Source: an uncultured Planctomycetia bacterium (GTDB lineage: Bacteria; Omnitrophota; Gorgyraeia; 2-02-FULL-51-18). Taken from it: 64,000 nucleotides of DNA. Of this stretch, positions 1 through 9,585 are shown piece by piece. The position numbers and the translations under genes were made by a program. The stretch is taken from positions 8,997 to 72,996 of the forward strand of contig CAYSKO010000007.1 of assembly GCA_964431835.1 (NCBI GenBank), in the 5' to 3' direction. The notes beneath the pieces were generated by a model. The model saw only the letters and a list, made by a program, of their open reading frames with translations. It had not been told where the DNA came from and searched no databases. Each line of letters starts with the position of its first letter. The first letter of the stretch is position 1.

Positions 1-105
1 GCGAAAATCATCGCGCGCCACAGCGGGTCGATCCGCGTGGAAAGCGAGCCCGGCGCCGGAACGACCTTCCGCGTGCTGCTTCCTGCCGTTCCGGCCTCCG
101 CATGA
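1..105 (+). CDS. Sensor histidine kinase, C-terminal end of HATPase_c domain (partial)
   Basis: Frame +1 reads AKIIARHSGSIRVESEPGAGTTFRVLLP..*, a typical HATPase_c tail; stop overlaps the next ATG (ATGA). Confidence 0.85.
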   Translation, partial: AKIIARHSGSIRVESEPGAGTTFRVLLPAVPASA

Positions 106-476
106 CGGCCCGTCCGCGCATTCTCATCGTCGACGACGACGCGGAAATCTCAAGCTACATGCGCGAGCTTCTCGAAAGCCGCGACTACGAGGTGCGCGTC
201 GTTCCCGACGGAGCCGATGCGATCCGCGAGACGCACCGGTGCCGCATCGACCTCGTCCTCATGGATATCCGCATGCGCACGCTCTCAGGCATCTGGTTCT
301 GCAAGGCGCTGAAGGAAAAGGCGCAGACCCGCAACATTCCGGTCGTGATGGTGTCGGCCTACTCCGACGACGAAAGCCGGCAAAAGGCGTTTTCCGCGGG
401 CGCCGACGGCTTCCTGCCCAAGCCGTTCCGCTCCGAAGACCTCCTCGCGATCATCCGCCGGAAGCTCGCGGCATAA
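102..476 (+). CDS. Single-domain response regulator (CheY-like receiver)
   Basis: ILIVDDD, phosphoacceptor LMDIRM, VSA, and GADGFLPKPF motifs. Confidence 0.92.
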   Translation: MTARPRILIVDDDAEISSYMRELLESRDYEVRVVPDGADAIRETHRCRIDLVLMDIRMRTLSGIWFCKALKEKAQTRNIPVVMVSAYSDDESRQKAFSAGADGFLPKPFRSEDLLAIIRRKLAA

Positions 477-480
477 TTTC

Positions 481-509
481 TCGACACGGGCGCTCCCGTT
501 AGGCATAAT
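481..509 (+). promoter_or_regulatory. Putative sigma70 promoter giving a leaderless mRNA
   Basis: TCGACA (481-486), 17 bp, CATAAT (504-509); ATG 7 nt later with no SD. Confidence 0.55.
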
Positions 510-516
510 ACGCCCG

Positions 517-1056
517 ATGCACAACCTCGTTGCCGTTCGACAATCTGACGAGATCCCCGAAGAGCTCCGTTCCACTCCCATCGGCAAGTTGTTTGAGTAC
601 CATAACCTTGGCCGCTCCTGGGAGACGTGCGAGAACGCCGAGCTCCTCGTCGTCATGTGCATGGACAACCGCAAGTACCTGCACATACCGGACAACTTCG
701 CCTACATCGTCCGCGCCGCGGGAGCGAATATCCGCCGCAGCGAATTCAAGATATCTTTCGCGATCGGCGTCGGCGCGGTGCGCCACGTCGCCATGATCGC
801 GCATACGCAGTGCCGCATGATGAACCTGGTCTCCCAAAAAGAGGAGTTCGTGAAAGGCCTTGTCGCCACGGGATGGACCGCCGAGCGCGCGGCCGCCCAC
901 TTCGATGAGTTCGCGCCTTCTTTCGAGATCGGCAACGAAACGGAGTTTATGGCGGGCGAAGCGGTGCGTCTCCGCCGGGAATACCCGAACGTCGTCTTCC
1001 GGCCTATCCTTTACCGCGTCGAAGACAACCTGCTTTACCTCATTTCAGAAAAATAG
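517..1056 (+). CDS. Beta-class carbonic anhydrase
   Basis: CMDNR (CxDxR) and HTQC (HxxC) zinc ligands, VRAAGAN motif. Confidence 0.85.
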   Translation: MHNLVAVRQSDEIPEELRSTPIGKLFEYHNLGRSWETCENAELLVVMCMDNRKYLHIPDNFAYIVRAAGANIRRSEFKISFAIGVGAVRHVAMIAHTQCRMMNLVSQKEEFVKGLVATGWTAERAAAHFDEFAPSFEIGNETEFMAGEAVRLRREYPNVVFRPILYRVEDNLLYLISEK

Positions 1057-1109
1057 AAGATTTCCCCGAAGTGTAGGATAATACCCTCTCGAACAAAAGG
1101 GGATCGCGT

Positions 1110-2171
1110 ATGCCTTTGCTCAAACTGAAAAGTCCCGCGGATTTCATCGGGAAACAGGGTTCCGGCGTCATCAGCTTTGGCTCCGGACAGCCCGACTTGC
1201 CGCCGCCCAAAGAGGCGTTCGAGGGAATCAACGTCAAGCGGGATCTCCGCTACGGCCTGATCCAGGGGGAAACGAACCTTCGCGAGGCTCTCTCGAAGGA
1301 GTACCCCGGCTCGACCGCCGCGAATTTCGTCATTACGAACGGCGCCTCCGAGGCGCTCGATCTCGTCTTCCGCATGTGGCCGGGGGAGAAGATCCTCCTG
1401 CCGCGTCCTTATTATTATTCGTACCTGCCGCTCATTCTGATGGCCGGCATGAAACCCGTGTTCACCGATCTCGTCGACGGCCGCATCGACATCAAAGATT
1501 TCCGCCGGAAGATCCGCGGCTGCAAGGCCGTCCTCGTGAATTCGCCGTCGAACCCCACGGGCCGGGTGGAATCCATCGAGACGCTCAAAGAAATCGAGAA
1601 GACCACGCAGAAGCTCGGCATTTACGTCGTCTCGGACGAAGTCTACAAGGACCTCATCTACGAGCGCGAGAATTACGAGATCCAGGGCAAGCGCGTGATC
1701 ACCATCAACTCGTTCTCGAAAACGTACTGCATGTGCGGGGTGCGCGTGGGGTATCTGTGGAGCGCGGACAAGAAGGTCGTGGAGGACGTCTGCGAATTCA
1801 AGACCCACACCTCGATGAATACGAACCTCGTCGGCCAGGATATGGCCCTTTCCACTTTGAGCGCCCCGAAGGAATACACCGAAAAACAGCGCCTCATCTG
1901 GCGCGAGAGGCGTGATTTCATCTACAAGGGCCTCCTCGACCTGGGTTTCGATCTCTGGAAACCCGAAGGCGCATTTTACGTGTTGCCGAAGGCGAAGAAC
2001 GCCCGGAAGTTCCTCTCGGTGCTGTACCAGGAGCACAAAGTTATCACGTATCTCGGCGAATGGTTCGGCGCCCCCGACCGCATCCGTTTGAGCTACGCAC
2101 TCGACGTGAAGCAGATCGAAGAGGGCCTCGGCCGCATCCGGACCGCGATGAAAAAAGTCCGGGTGCTTTGA
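1110..2171 (+). CDS. PLP-dependent aminotransferase class I/II
   Basis: GQPD, NSPSNPTG, SDEVY, NSFSK (PLP lysine), GVRVG, PEGAFY. Confidence 0.92.
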   Translation: MPLLKLKSPADFIGKQGSGVISFGSGQPDLPPPKEAFEGINVKRDLRYGLIQGETNLREALSKEYPGSTAANFVITNGASEALDLVFRMWPGEKILLPRPYYYSYLPLILMAGMKPVFTDLVDGRIDIKDFRRKIRGCKAVLVNSPSNPTGRVESIETLKEIEKTTQKLGIYVVSDEVYKDLIYERENYEIQGKRVITINSFSKTYCMCGVRVGYLWSADKKVVEDVCEFKTHTSMNTNLVGQDMALSTLSAPKEYTEKQRLIWRERRDFIYKGLLDLGFDLWKPEGAFYVLPKAKNARKFLSVLYQEHKVITYLGEWFGAPDRIRLSYALDVKQIEEGLGRIRTAMKKVRVL

Positions 2172-2182
2172 AGGAACCGGGC

Positions 2183-3502
2183 GTGAAAAAGGTTTTCCTT
2201 CAAACCTTTGGCTGCCAGATGAACGAGCGCGACTCGGAGGCCGTGACCGGACTTCTTTACGCGCGCGGCTGGACCGGCGTTTCCTCCCCCGAAGAAGCGG
2301 ATCTCCTCCTCTACAACACCTGTTCGATCCGCGACCATGCGGAGCAGAAGGTGTTCGGCCGCATGGGCGGTTTCCGGAAACTCAAAGAAAAGAATCCCAA
2401 GCTCATCATCGGTATCCTCGGCTGCATGGCCCAGGAGCACGGCACGGATTTTTTCCGCCGGAATCCCGGGATCGATCTGGTTTGCGGCACCGGCAACCTC
2501 GCGGACGTTCCCGCGCTCGTCGAGGATATCGAGCGTCAGCGCGGTCCGCGCCTGGCGGTCGACGGCTTGGGCGGCGAATACGGCTTGGACGGAATCGCGT
2601 ACCGCGAGGGCTCGGTGAAGGCACTCGTCACGATCATGACCGGGTGCGACCACCGCTGCACTTACTGCATCGTTCCGTACACGCGCGGAGACGAACGCTC
2701 GCGGCCTTCGAGCGACGTGACGGCCGAGGTCGCGGACCTCGCGGCACGCGGCTTCAAGGACGTCATGCTCCTAGGCCAGAACGTGAACTGCTACGGCAAG
2801 AATCTCGGGGAAGAGGGAATGGATTTCGCCGTTCTCCTGGAGAAGATCCAGACGGCCGCCCCGGGTCTTCCGCGCCTGCGCTTCATCACGAGCCATCCGA
2901 AAGACGCGAGCGACAAGCTTTTCCGCGCGATGCGCGACCTGCCGTCGGTGTGCGAGCATCTTCATCTGCCCGTCCAGTCCGGCGCGAACCCCGTCCTCAA
3001 GCGCATGAAGCGCGAGCACACGGTCGAGTGGTACGTCGAGCGCGTCGAATCCTACCGCGCGCACCTTCCCGAAGGCAGCCTCACGACCGATTTCATCATC
3101 GGTTTCCCGGGCGAAACCGAAAACGATTTTCTGGACACGCTCGCGCTCGTCGAGCGGGCGGAGTTCGACTCTGCGTTCATTTTCCAGTACTCGCCGCGGC
3201 CGGGTACTCCGGCGCTGAAGCTCGCCGACGACGTACCGCAGGAAGAGAAGGGCCGCCGCCACCGCGCGCTCCTGGCCGCGCAGAGGTCCGCGTCGGTCCG
3301 GCGGAACGGCCGTTTCGCGGGACGCACGGTGGAAGTGCTTTTCGAAACGCCTTCGCGCCGCGACGAGGGTCGCTGGGTTGGGCGCTCGCGCGACTACAAG
3401 CGCGTCGTCGCCGCCTCCGCGGTCCCGCTCGAAGGCGAGCTCCGGAGCGTCCGGATCACGGGCATCGCCGACGAGACACTGCTCGGGGAGATCGCTCTTT
3501 GA
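2183..3502 (+). CDS. miaB: tRNA-2-methylthio-N6-dimethylallyladenosine synthase
   Basis: TFGCQMNERDSE, NTCSIRDHAEQK, radical SAM CxxxCxxC (CDHRCTYC), YSPRPGT, TRAM tail; GTG start at 2183 after AAGGA. Confidence 0.95.
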   Translation: MKKVFLQTFGCQMNERDSEAVTGLLYARGWTGVSSPEEADLLLYNTCSIRDHAEQKVFGRMGGFRKLKEKNPKLIIGILGCMAQEHGTDFFRRNPGIDLVCGTGNLADVPALVEDIERQRGPRLAVDGLGGEYGLDGIAYREGSVKALVTIMTGCDHRCTYCIVPYTRGDERSRPSSDVTAEVADLAARGFKDVMLLGQNVNCYGKNLGEEGMDFAVLLEKIQTAAPGLPRLRFITSHPKDASDKLFRAMRDLPSVCEHLHLPVQSGANPVLKRMKREHTVEWYVERVESYRAHLPEGSLTTDFIIGFPGETENDFLDTLALVERAEFDSAFIFQYSPRPGTPALKLADDVPQEEKGRRHRALLAAQRSASVRRNGRFAGRTVEVLFETPSRRDEGRWVGRSRDYKRVVAASAVPLEGELRSVRITGIADETLLGEIAL

Positions 3503-4140
3503 AGCGGGGGACGGGCGCGGTGCTGGTTTTCGCGCTTATAGCCGCCTGCGCGCCCGCGCACGCGAATTTTGGCCGCGCGACGACCCGGAAAGAACGCGAA
3601 GCCGCTCTCTCGCCCCGCGGCGCGGCTTCCCGGCTCTACGAGCGCATCCACGAATGTTTCCTGTCGGACGACCACGTTTCTGTCGAGCGGCTCTCCGGCG
3701 AGTATCTGGAGACGCCGCGCCAACCGAAGGCACAGGACGTGAAATTCCTACGTGCGCTCTCTCTCGTCAAGCTCGGCCGCGGAGCCGAAGCGCGCGCCGA
3801 GCTTGAACGCCTCGAATACGGCGCGACGAACCCCGAGAAAAAAGCCCGCGCCGCCGCGGCGATCGGCGACTCGTTCGTGGAAGAGGGCGACCATTCGTCC
3901 GCCTACCGGATTTATCAGGACACGCTCCGCCGCTACCCGTCGTTCTCCGAAGCGCCGTTTCTTCTCGAGCGCCTGGCGGCTTTCGCGCGCGAACTCGGCC
4001 ACGGACGCGAAGCCGATTATTTCGGCGGCCGCTTGTCCGCGGAATTCCCCGGGTGGGCGCCACCGGGCCCTCCGCAGAGCCGTCCTCTCGGCCGCGGCGC
4101 GGTAGAAGAACGACCTCACGACAACGCCGGACGCTCGTGA
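3499..4140 (+). CDS. Secreted tetratricopeptide-repeat protein (BamD/CpoB-like)
   Basis: TTG start overlapping the miaB stop, signal peptide (VLVFALIAACAPAHA), TPR-like helices (AIGDSF..YQDTLRRYPS, LSAEFP). Confidence 0.65.
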   Translation: MKRGTGAVLVFALIAACAPAHANFGRATTRKEREAALSPRGAASRLYERIHECFLSDDHVSVERLSGEYLETPRQPKAQDVKFLRALSLVKLGRGAEARAELERLEYGATNPEKKARAAAAIGDSFVEEGDHSSAYRIYQDTLRRYPSFSEAPFLLERLAAFARELGHGREADYFGGRLSAEFPGWAPPGPPQSRPLGRGAVEERPHDNAGRS

Positions 4141-5054
4141 GCGGGGAGGCGCGCCGCCTCGTCGCGATAGTCGGCCCGACGGCTTCTGGAAAATCCGACG
4201 TCGCCGCGGCCGTCGCCCGGCGCCTGCCGGTCGAGATCGTTTCCTGCGATTCTATGCAAGTGTACGCAGGTATGGCGGTCGTCACGCAGGCGCCGCCGCC
4301 CGGCTCGGCGCACCTAGTCTCCTTTCTTGATCCGTCGGAAGAATACAACGCCGCCCTTTTCCGGAAGGACGCCTCGCGGATCGCGGCGGAGATATCGTCA
4401 CGCGGGCACCTCCCGCTCGTGACCGGCGGGACCGGCCTCTATCTGCGCGCGCTTCTCGACGGGCTTTTCGAGGAAGGCGCCGCGAAGGATCAGGCGCTCC
4501 GTGACCGGCTCGTCGCCGAGGCGGCCGTATCGGGAGCGCCCGCGCTCCACGCGCGCTTGGCCGTGCTCGATCCAGCGCGCGCGGGGCGCGTGCATCCGAA
4601 CGACCTTCGACGCATCGTCCGAGCCCTCGAAGTCTGCGAGCTCACGCGCCGGCCGATGTCCGAGCAAGAGCCGCGCCGGAGCGGACTTCGCACGGAATAC
4701 GCGTGCCGGATATTCCTTCTCGAGCGTTCGCGGGAGGATCTCTACGCCCGCATCGAACGGCGCGTCGAACGGATGACGGGTGAAGGGCTTCTCGACGAAG
4801 TCCGGCGGCTCGCCGGGCGGCCGCTCGGCAAAACCGCCGCGACCGCGCTCGGAATCCCCGAGATGCGCGCCCATTTGGAAGGGAAGATCACGCTCGAAGA
4901 GGCGGCGGCCCTTCTTAAAAAAAATTCGCGCCATTACGCGAAGCGCCAGCTTTCGTGGTTCCGCCACGAGAAGGGCGTGGAGCCGGTCCTTGTGGGAGCC
5001 GCCGAGACGGCGGAGGAAACCGCGGAAAAAATAATCGGAGCTTTGAGCGCATGA
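4137..5054 (+). CDS. miaA: tRNA dimethylallyltransferase
   Basis: [42 protein letters not shown]; GTG start. Confidence 0.96.
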   Translation: MSGEARRLVAIVGPTASGKSDVAAAVARRLPVEIVSCDSMQVYAGMAVVTQAPPPGSAHLVSFLDPSEEYNAALFRKDASRIAAEISSRGHLPLVTGGTGLYLRALLDGLFEEGAAKDQALRDRLVAEAAVSGAPALHARLAVLDPARAGRVHPNDLRRIVRALEVCELTRRPMSEQEPRRSGLRTEYACRIFLLERSREDLYARIERRVERMTGEGLLDEVRRLAGRPLGKTAATALGIPEMRAHLEGKITLEEAAALLKKNSRHYAKRQLSWFRHEKGVEPVLVGAAETAEETAEKIIGALSA

Positions 5055-6301
5055 GAGAGCGGGCGTTTTTGGTCAATTTTTCGTTCGAGAACGACAAGCG
5101 GTCCTCGCGGCTCGAAGATGACGCGGCGGAGCTCGAGGAACTCGCGCGGGCCGCGGGCCTCGCGGTATGCGGCTCGGTAAAATTCCGTCAGCCGCGCGCC
5201 ACGGCCGCGACGCTCGTGGGGAGCGGCAAAGCCGTCGAGCTCGCGGCCCTCGCCCGCGCGGCGAAGGCCGACGTGGTCGTTTATGGAAGCGAGCTTTCAC
5301 CGAGCCAGCAGCGCAACCTCGAGGAGGCGAACGGCCGCAAGACGATCGACCGCACGCAGCTCATCCTCGATATTTTCGCCCAGCGCGCCCGCTCGAACGA
5401 AGGCAAACTCCAGGTCGAGCTCGCGCAGCTTCAGTACCTCCTGCCGCGGCTTTCCGGAAAGGGGAACGAAATGTCCCGCTTGGGCGGCGGCGTGGGCACG
5501 CGCGGTCCGGGCGAACAGAAGCTCGAAGTCGACCGCCGGCGCGTGCGCGAGCGTGTGGCGCGTCTCACCGACGCGTTGGCCGAGCTCCAAGTGCGGCGCG
5601 GTGCGGGCATTGCGCGCAAAAAAGAGCAGAGGCTGCCGCTTTTGGCGCTCGCCGGCTACACGAACGCCGGGAAATCGAGCCTCTTCAACAGGCTCACGAA
5701 TTCCACCGGCCTCGTGAAAGACCAGCTTTTCTCCACGCTCGACACGACCACGCGTCTGGCCACGCTCCCGGGCCGCCGCGAAGCGCTTCTGGTCGACACG
5801 GTCGGTTTCGTGCGGGATTTGCCGCACCATCTCGTCGAGTCATTCAAGGCGACGCTCGAAGAGACCGTGCACGCGGATATTCTCCTTCATATCGTCGACG
5901 CAAGCCGCCCGGACCGGGATTTTCTGCAGGAATCGGTTCTTTCGGTGCTGGAGAGTCTTGGCGCCGACGAGAAGCGCACGATCCTCGTCTTCAACAAGGC
6001 CGACCGCCTCACCCCCGAAGACCGCCGCTCGCTGAAAGCCGCCGATCCCGACGCCTCGCTCGTCTCCGCCTTGACGGGCGAGGGGATCGACGCGCTCGTC
6101 GAGCGCCTCGCGGCCGCGCTGCCTGAACGGGTGACGAAACGCTTCTTCCTTCCGCCCCGGGCTTCCAGCCTTCTCCACCTCCTCTATGAAAACGGCGACG
6201 TCACCGCCCGCGTCGATGACGCGCGCGGCGTGCACGTGACCGTCACTCTCGCCCCCGAGACCGCTGAAACCTTCCTTAAGCGGCTGAAATCCTTGGAATA
6301 G
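5051..6301 (+). CDS. hflX: Ribosome-splitting GTPase HflX
   Basis: [40 protein letters not shown]. Confidence 0.96.
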   Translation: MRERAFLVNFSFENDKRSSRLEDDAAELEELARAAGLAVCGSVKFRQPRATAATLVGSGKAVELAALARAAKADVVVYGSELSPSQQRNLEEANGRKTIDRTQLILDIFAQRARSNEGKLQVELAQLQYLLPRLSGKGNEMSRLGGGVGTRGPGEQKLEVDRRRVRERVARLTDALAELQVRRGAGIARKKEQRLPLLALAGYTNAGKSSLFNRLTNSTGLVKDQLFSTLDTTTRLATLPGRREALLVDTVGFVRDLPHHLVESFKATLEETVHADILLHIVDASRPDRDFLQESVLSVLESLGADEKRTILVFNKADRLTPEDRRSLKAADPDASLVSALTGEGIDALVERLAAALPERVTKRFFLPPRASSLLHLLYENGDVTARVDDARGVHVTVTLAPETAETFLKRLKSLE

Positions 6302-6340
6302 AGATTTTAAAAAGAAGTTTATGAAGAAAACACATTTCGG

Positions 6341-6369
6341 TTGACCCCTTAAAGCTGAATTGGTATCGT
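6341..6369 (+). promoter_or_regulatory. Putative sigma70 promoter for the PAS kinase
   Basis: TTGACC, 17 bp, TATCGT with TG extension, in an AT-rich intergenic region. Confidence 0.45.
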
Positions 6370-6472
6370 AATAAACGTTTCTACGGCTTATTTTTCCCTT
6401 CCGCGCCTTGCGCGACTTTTTTTCTGCCGTTTCGCTTCTGGATAAGTTTAACGACGTTTCAAAAAGGCATCC

Positions 6473-8134
6473 ATGGTCTCAGGCCGCCGCAGAAAACTCG
6501 CCCTCTTTTCCATCCTCACCCTGATCCCGCTTTTGGCGCTCCAGGTGCACTCCTCAGATTTCAAAGACCGGCTACTCCTAGCCATCCTCGGCTTGTGGAT
6601 AGCCGGCGCGTGGATCATCGTCGAGCGCGAACTGAACCAGGGGGACCGCGCGCGGGCGCGCGCCGAGAAGGAGCGCGCCGAGATGAACGTCTTCTTAGAC
6701 TCCATCATCGAAAACATCCCCCACATGATCTTCGTGAAAGACGCACGGGATCTTCGTTTCGTGCGTTTCAACAAGGCGGGGGAGGAGCTCCTGGGTTATC
6801 CGCGCGGTGAGCTCATCGGAAAGAACGATTACGATTTCTTCTCGAAGTCCGAGGCCGATTTCTTCACGCAAAAAGACCGGGAAACGCTCGAGCGCGGAGA
6901 GGTTGTGGACGTAACCGAGGAGCCGATCGAAACCAGGCACAAGGGAGTGCGTATCCTCCACACGAAGAAGATTCCATTGAAAGGCCTGGACGGCCGCGCG
7001 CTCTTCCTTCTCGGCATTTCCGAGGACATCACCGAACGCAAGCACGCCGAGCAGGCACTCCACGACTCGTCGGCGGAGATCCGCGATCTCTACAACAACG
7101 CGCCTTGCGGCTACCATTCCGTCGACAGCGAAGGGACGTTCGTCGAAATGAACGACACCGAGCTTTCGTGGCTGGGTTATTCGCGCACGGACGTGATCGG
7201 GCGCATGAAAATCTCGCACGTTCTCGCCGAAGACAGCCGCAAGCTCTTCGAATGGCATTTCGCCCAGTTCAAACGCCGCGGCGAGATCCGCGGCCTGGAG
7301 CTCGATCTTATACGGAAGGACGGCCGCGCGATGCCGGTTATTATGAGCGCCACAGGCGTCTACGACGCGGGCGGTAATTTCGTTAAAAGCAGGACCACCC
7401 TCTTCGACCTCACCGAAAGAAAACGCGCCGAGGAGCTCGCGCGGTCCAACCGGGAGCTCGAGCTTTTCGCGCGCACCGCTTCCCACGATTTGAAGGAGCC
7501 TCTGCGGAAAATCCTCCATTTCGGAGACCGCCTGAAAGAGAAGCTCTCGCGCACGCTCGAGCCCGACGACCACGATTCGCTCGAACGCATGACGCGCGCC
7601 GGCGCGCGGATGGGCCGGCTCATCGACGACCTGCTTCTTTTCTCGAAAGTCGCCGTCCAGCCCCGTGAGCAGCACGAGATCGACCTTTCCCAGGCGGTGC
7701 GGGAGGCTTTGGCGGACCTTGAGATGCGCGTTCAAGAGACCCGCGCCGCGATCACGGTCGGGAGCCTTCCGACGCTGAGGGGGGAGCCCGTCCAGATCCG
7801 CCAGCTTTTCCAGAACCTGCTCTCGAACGCGCTCAAGTTCTGCAAGAAAGAGGAACCGCCCCGCATCGAGATTTCGGGCCGCGAATTCGACGGGCAGGTC
7901 GAAGTCACGATCCGCGACAACGGCATCGGTTTCCCGGAGCGCGAAAAGGAGCGTATTTTCCGCCCGTTCCAACGCGTCCACAGCGAGTTCGAGGGGACGG
8001 GCCTGGGGCTTTCCATCTGCCAGAAGATCGTCGAAAGCCATGGGGGGACGCTTGCCGCCGAAAGCTCTCCCGGACAAGGCTGTCTTTTCCGTTTGACTCT
8101 CCCGAAGCAGGGCCGTCCCGCCGAATCCAGCTAG
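6473..8134 (+). CDS. Membrane-anchored PAS-PAS sensor histidine kinase
   Basis: Two N-terminal hydrophobic segments, two PAS/PAC domains ending EDITERK and FDLTERK, H-box ASHDLKEPL, N box QNLLSNALKF, G boxes DNGIG and GTGLGL. Confidence 0.92.
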   Translation: MVSGRRRKLALFSILTLIPLLALQVHSSDFKDRLLLAILGLWIAGAWIIVERELNQGDRARARAEKERAEMNVFLDSIIENIPHMIFVKDARDLRFVRFNKAGEELLGYPRGELIGKNDYDFFSKSEADFFTQKDRETLERGEVVDVTEEPIETRHKGVRILHTKKIPLKGLDGRALFLLGISEDITERKHAEQALHDSSAEIRDLYNNAPCGYHSVDSEGTFVEMNDTELSWLGYSRTDVIGRMKISHVLAEDSRKLFEWHFAQFKRRGEIRGLELDLIRKDGRAMPVIMSATGVYDAGGNFVKSRTTLFDLTERKRAEELARSNRELELFARTASHDLKEPLRKILHFGDRLKEKLSRTLEPDDHDSLERMTRAGARMGRLIDDLLLFSKVAVQPREQHEIDLSQAVREALADLEMRVQETRAAITVGSLPTLRGEPVQIRQLFQNLLSNALKFCKKEEPPRIEISGREFDGQVEVTIRDNGIGFPEREKERIFRPFQRVHSEFEGTGLGLSICQKIVESHGGTLAAESSPGQGCLFRLTLPKQGRPAESS

Positions 8135-8138
8135 AATC

Positions 8139-8166
8139 TTGACACCCGCCGGGATTGTGCTATTCT
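8139..8166 (+). promoter_or_regulatory. Sigma70 promoter of the hrcA operon
   Basis: TTGACA (8139-8144), 16 bp, TATTCT with TG extension, directly upstream of CIRCE. Confidence 0.7.
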
Positions 8167-8171
8167 AAGCA

Positions 8172-8198
8172 TTAGCACTCACTCTCTGTGAGTGCTAG
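8172..8198 (+). promoter_or_regulatory. CIRCE operator (HrcA binding site)
   Basis: TTAGCACTC-N9-GAGTGCTAG, one mismatch to consensus TTAGCACTC-N9-GAGTGCTAA, upstream of hrcA. Confidence 0.95.
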
Positions 8199-8211
8199 AA
8201 GGAGCCCTGGA

Positions 8212-9024
8212 ATGAGCGACAATCAGGCACGCAAGGACAAGGTTTTCGAACTCATCGTCCGAGCTTATATCGAGACCGCCGAACCGGTGGGCTCGCGCAT
8301 GATCTCCCGCCGTTCCGACCTGGGTTTATCCTCGGCATCCATCCGGAACGTGATGGCCGACCTCGAAGAAGAGGGTCTTCTGGCCCAGCCCCACACGTCG
8401 GCCGGCCGCGTGCCGACCGACAAGGGCTACCGTTACTACGTCGACCGGCTCATGGAGCGTGAAGAGCTGCACGATGACGAAAAGGCCGAGATCCGCGCCG
8501 AGCTCGACAAAGCCAAGTCCATCGACGGCATGGCGCTCAAAGTTTCCAAGCTCATCTCGGAACTCACCGAGAACACCGCGCTCATTTACATTCAGGGGAT
8601 CAAGCGTATTTCTTTCCTATCCGGGCAGAACGATCCCGAGCAGGCGCGTAAGTTGTCGGCCCTCATCGATGAGGCGGCCGCCGAGCTTTTCATCGATGGC
8701 GCGTTCCGGATGTTCGAGCAGCCGGAGTTTCAGGATTCCAAGCAGATGCGCCTGCTTCTCCAGACGCTCGACGACAAGGACGGCCTCGTGCGCGTGTTCG
8801 TGAAGGATCTCTCGCGGGACGAGGGTTTGCGGGTCCACATCGGGAGCGAGAACGCGCCCGAGAAGCTCGATAATTTGAGTCTCGTCGTCAAAGATTGCCA
8901 CCTAGGGCTCACGCCGTTCGGCGCCATCGCCGTCGTCGGTCCCAAACGCATGCGCTACGCGCGCATCGTCTCGGTCGTCGAGTTCGTGGCGGACACCGTT
9001 TCCGAAAAGATGAAGAGGATCTGA
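8212..9024 (+). CDS. hrcA: Heat-inducible transcription repressor HrcA (short form)
   Basis: YIETAEPVGS, SSASIRNVMADLE, QPHTSAGRVPTDKGYRYYVD, GPKRMRY; SD AAGGAG. Confidence 0.95.
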   Translation: MSDNQARKDKVFELIVRAYIETAEPVGSRMISRRSDLGLSSASIRNVMADLEEEGLLAQPHTSAGRVPTDKGYRYYVDRLMEREELHDDEKAEIRAELDKAKSIDGMALKVSKLISELTENTALIYIQGIKRISFLSGQNDPEQARKLSALIDEAAAELFIDGAFRMFEQPEFQDSKQMRLLLQTLDDKDGLVRVFVKDLSRDEGLRVHIGSENAPEKLDNLSLVVKDCHLGLTPFGAIAVVGPKRMRYARIVSVVEFVADTVSEKMKRI

Positions 9025-9557
9025 TGTTCGGTAAAAAAGATTCCGAAACGAACGCCGAGGGCGCGCAGCCCTCCGGAGAGCCTCGAGACTCGGCCGAAGC
9101 CCCGAAGCCCGCGGAAGATCTGAAGGTCGCCGAGTACCGCGACCAGATGCTGCGCATGAAAGCCGAATTCGAAAACGTGAAGAAGCGCCTCGAGCGCGAC
9201 AAGTCGGACGCCGTCAAGTACGCGAACGAGAAAATTCTCGTGGACGTGCTCCAGATCGCAGACAACTTCGAGCGCGCGCTCTCCAGTATCGACCAGGGCC
9301 ACGACCCGGCGAAGGTGAAGCAGGGTCTCTCGATCGTCCGCGACGAGCTTAAGAAAGTGCTCGAGCGCCACGGCGTCGAGACGGTCTCGAGCGTCGGCGC
9401 ACCGTTCGATCCCAACCTGCACGAGGCGGTCGGGATCGTCGAGACCGACGACGCCGAGGACGGCACGGTCGTCGACGAAGTTCAAAAAGGTTATTTTCTC
9501 AATGGGCGCTTGATCCGCCCGAGCCGCGTGCGAGTCGCACAAGCGGCCAAAAAATAA
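9024..9557 (+). CDS. grpE: Nucleotide exchange factor GrpE
   Basis: [36 protein letters not shown]. Confidence 0.96.
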   Translation: MFGKKDSETNAEGAQPSGEPRDSAEAPKPAEDLKVAEYRDQMLRMKAEFENVKKRLERDKSDAVKYANEKILVDVLQIADNFERALSSIDQGHDPAKVKQGLSIVRDELKKVLERHGVETVSSVGAPFDPNLHEAVGIVETDDAEDGTVVDEVQKGYFLNGRLIRPSRVRVAQAAKK

Positions 9558-9585
9558 ATCCGTAAGAAAACAGGGGGTTACGAAC

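Noticed and set aside
2060-3498. Long N-terminal extensions in the ORF track for miaB and the TPR gene
   Set aside because: They overlap upstream genes; family motifs begin at the downstream GTG or TTG starts used here
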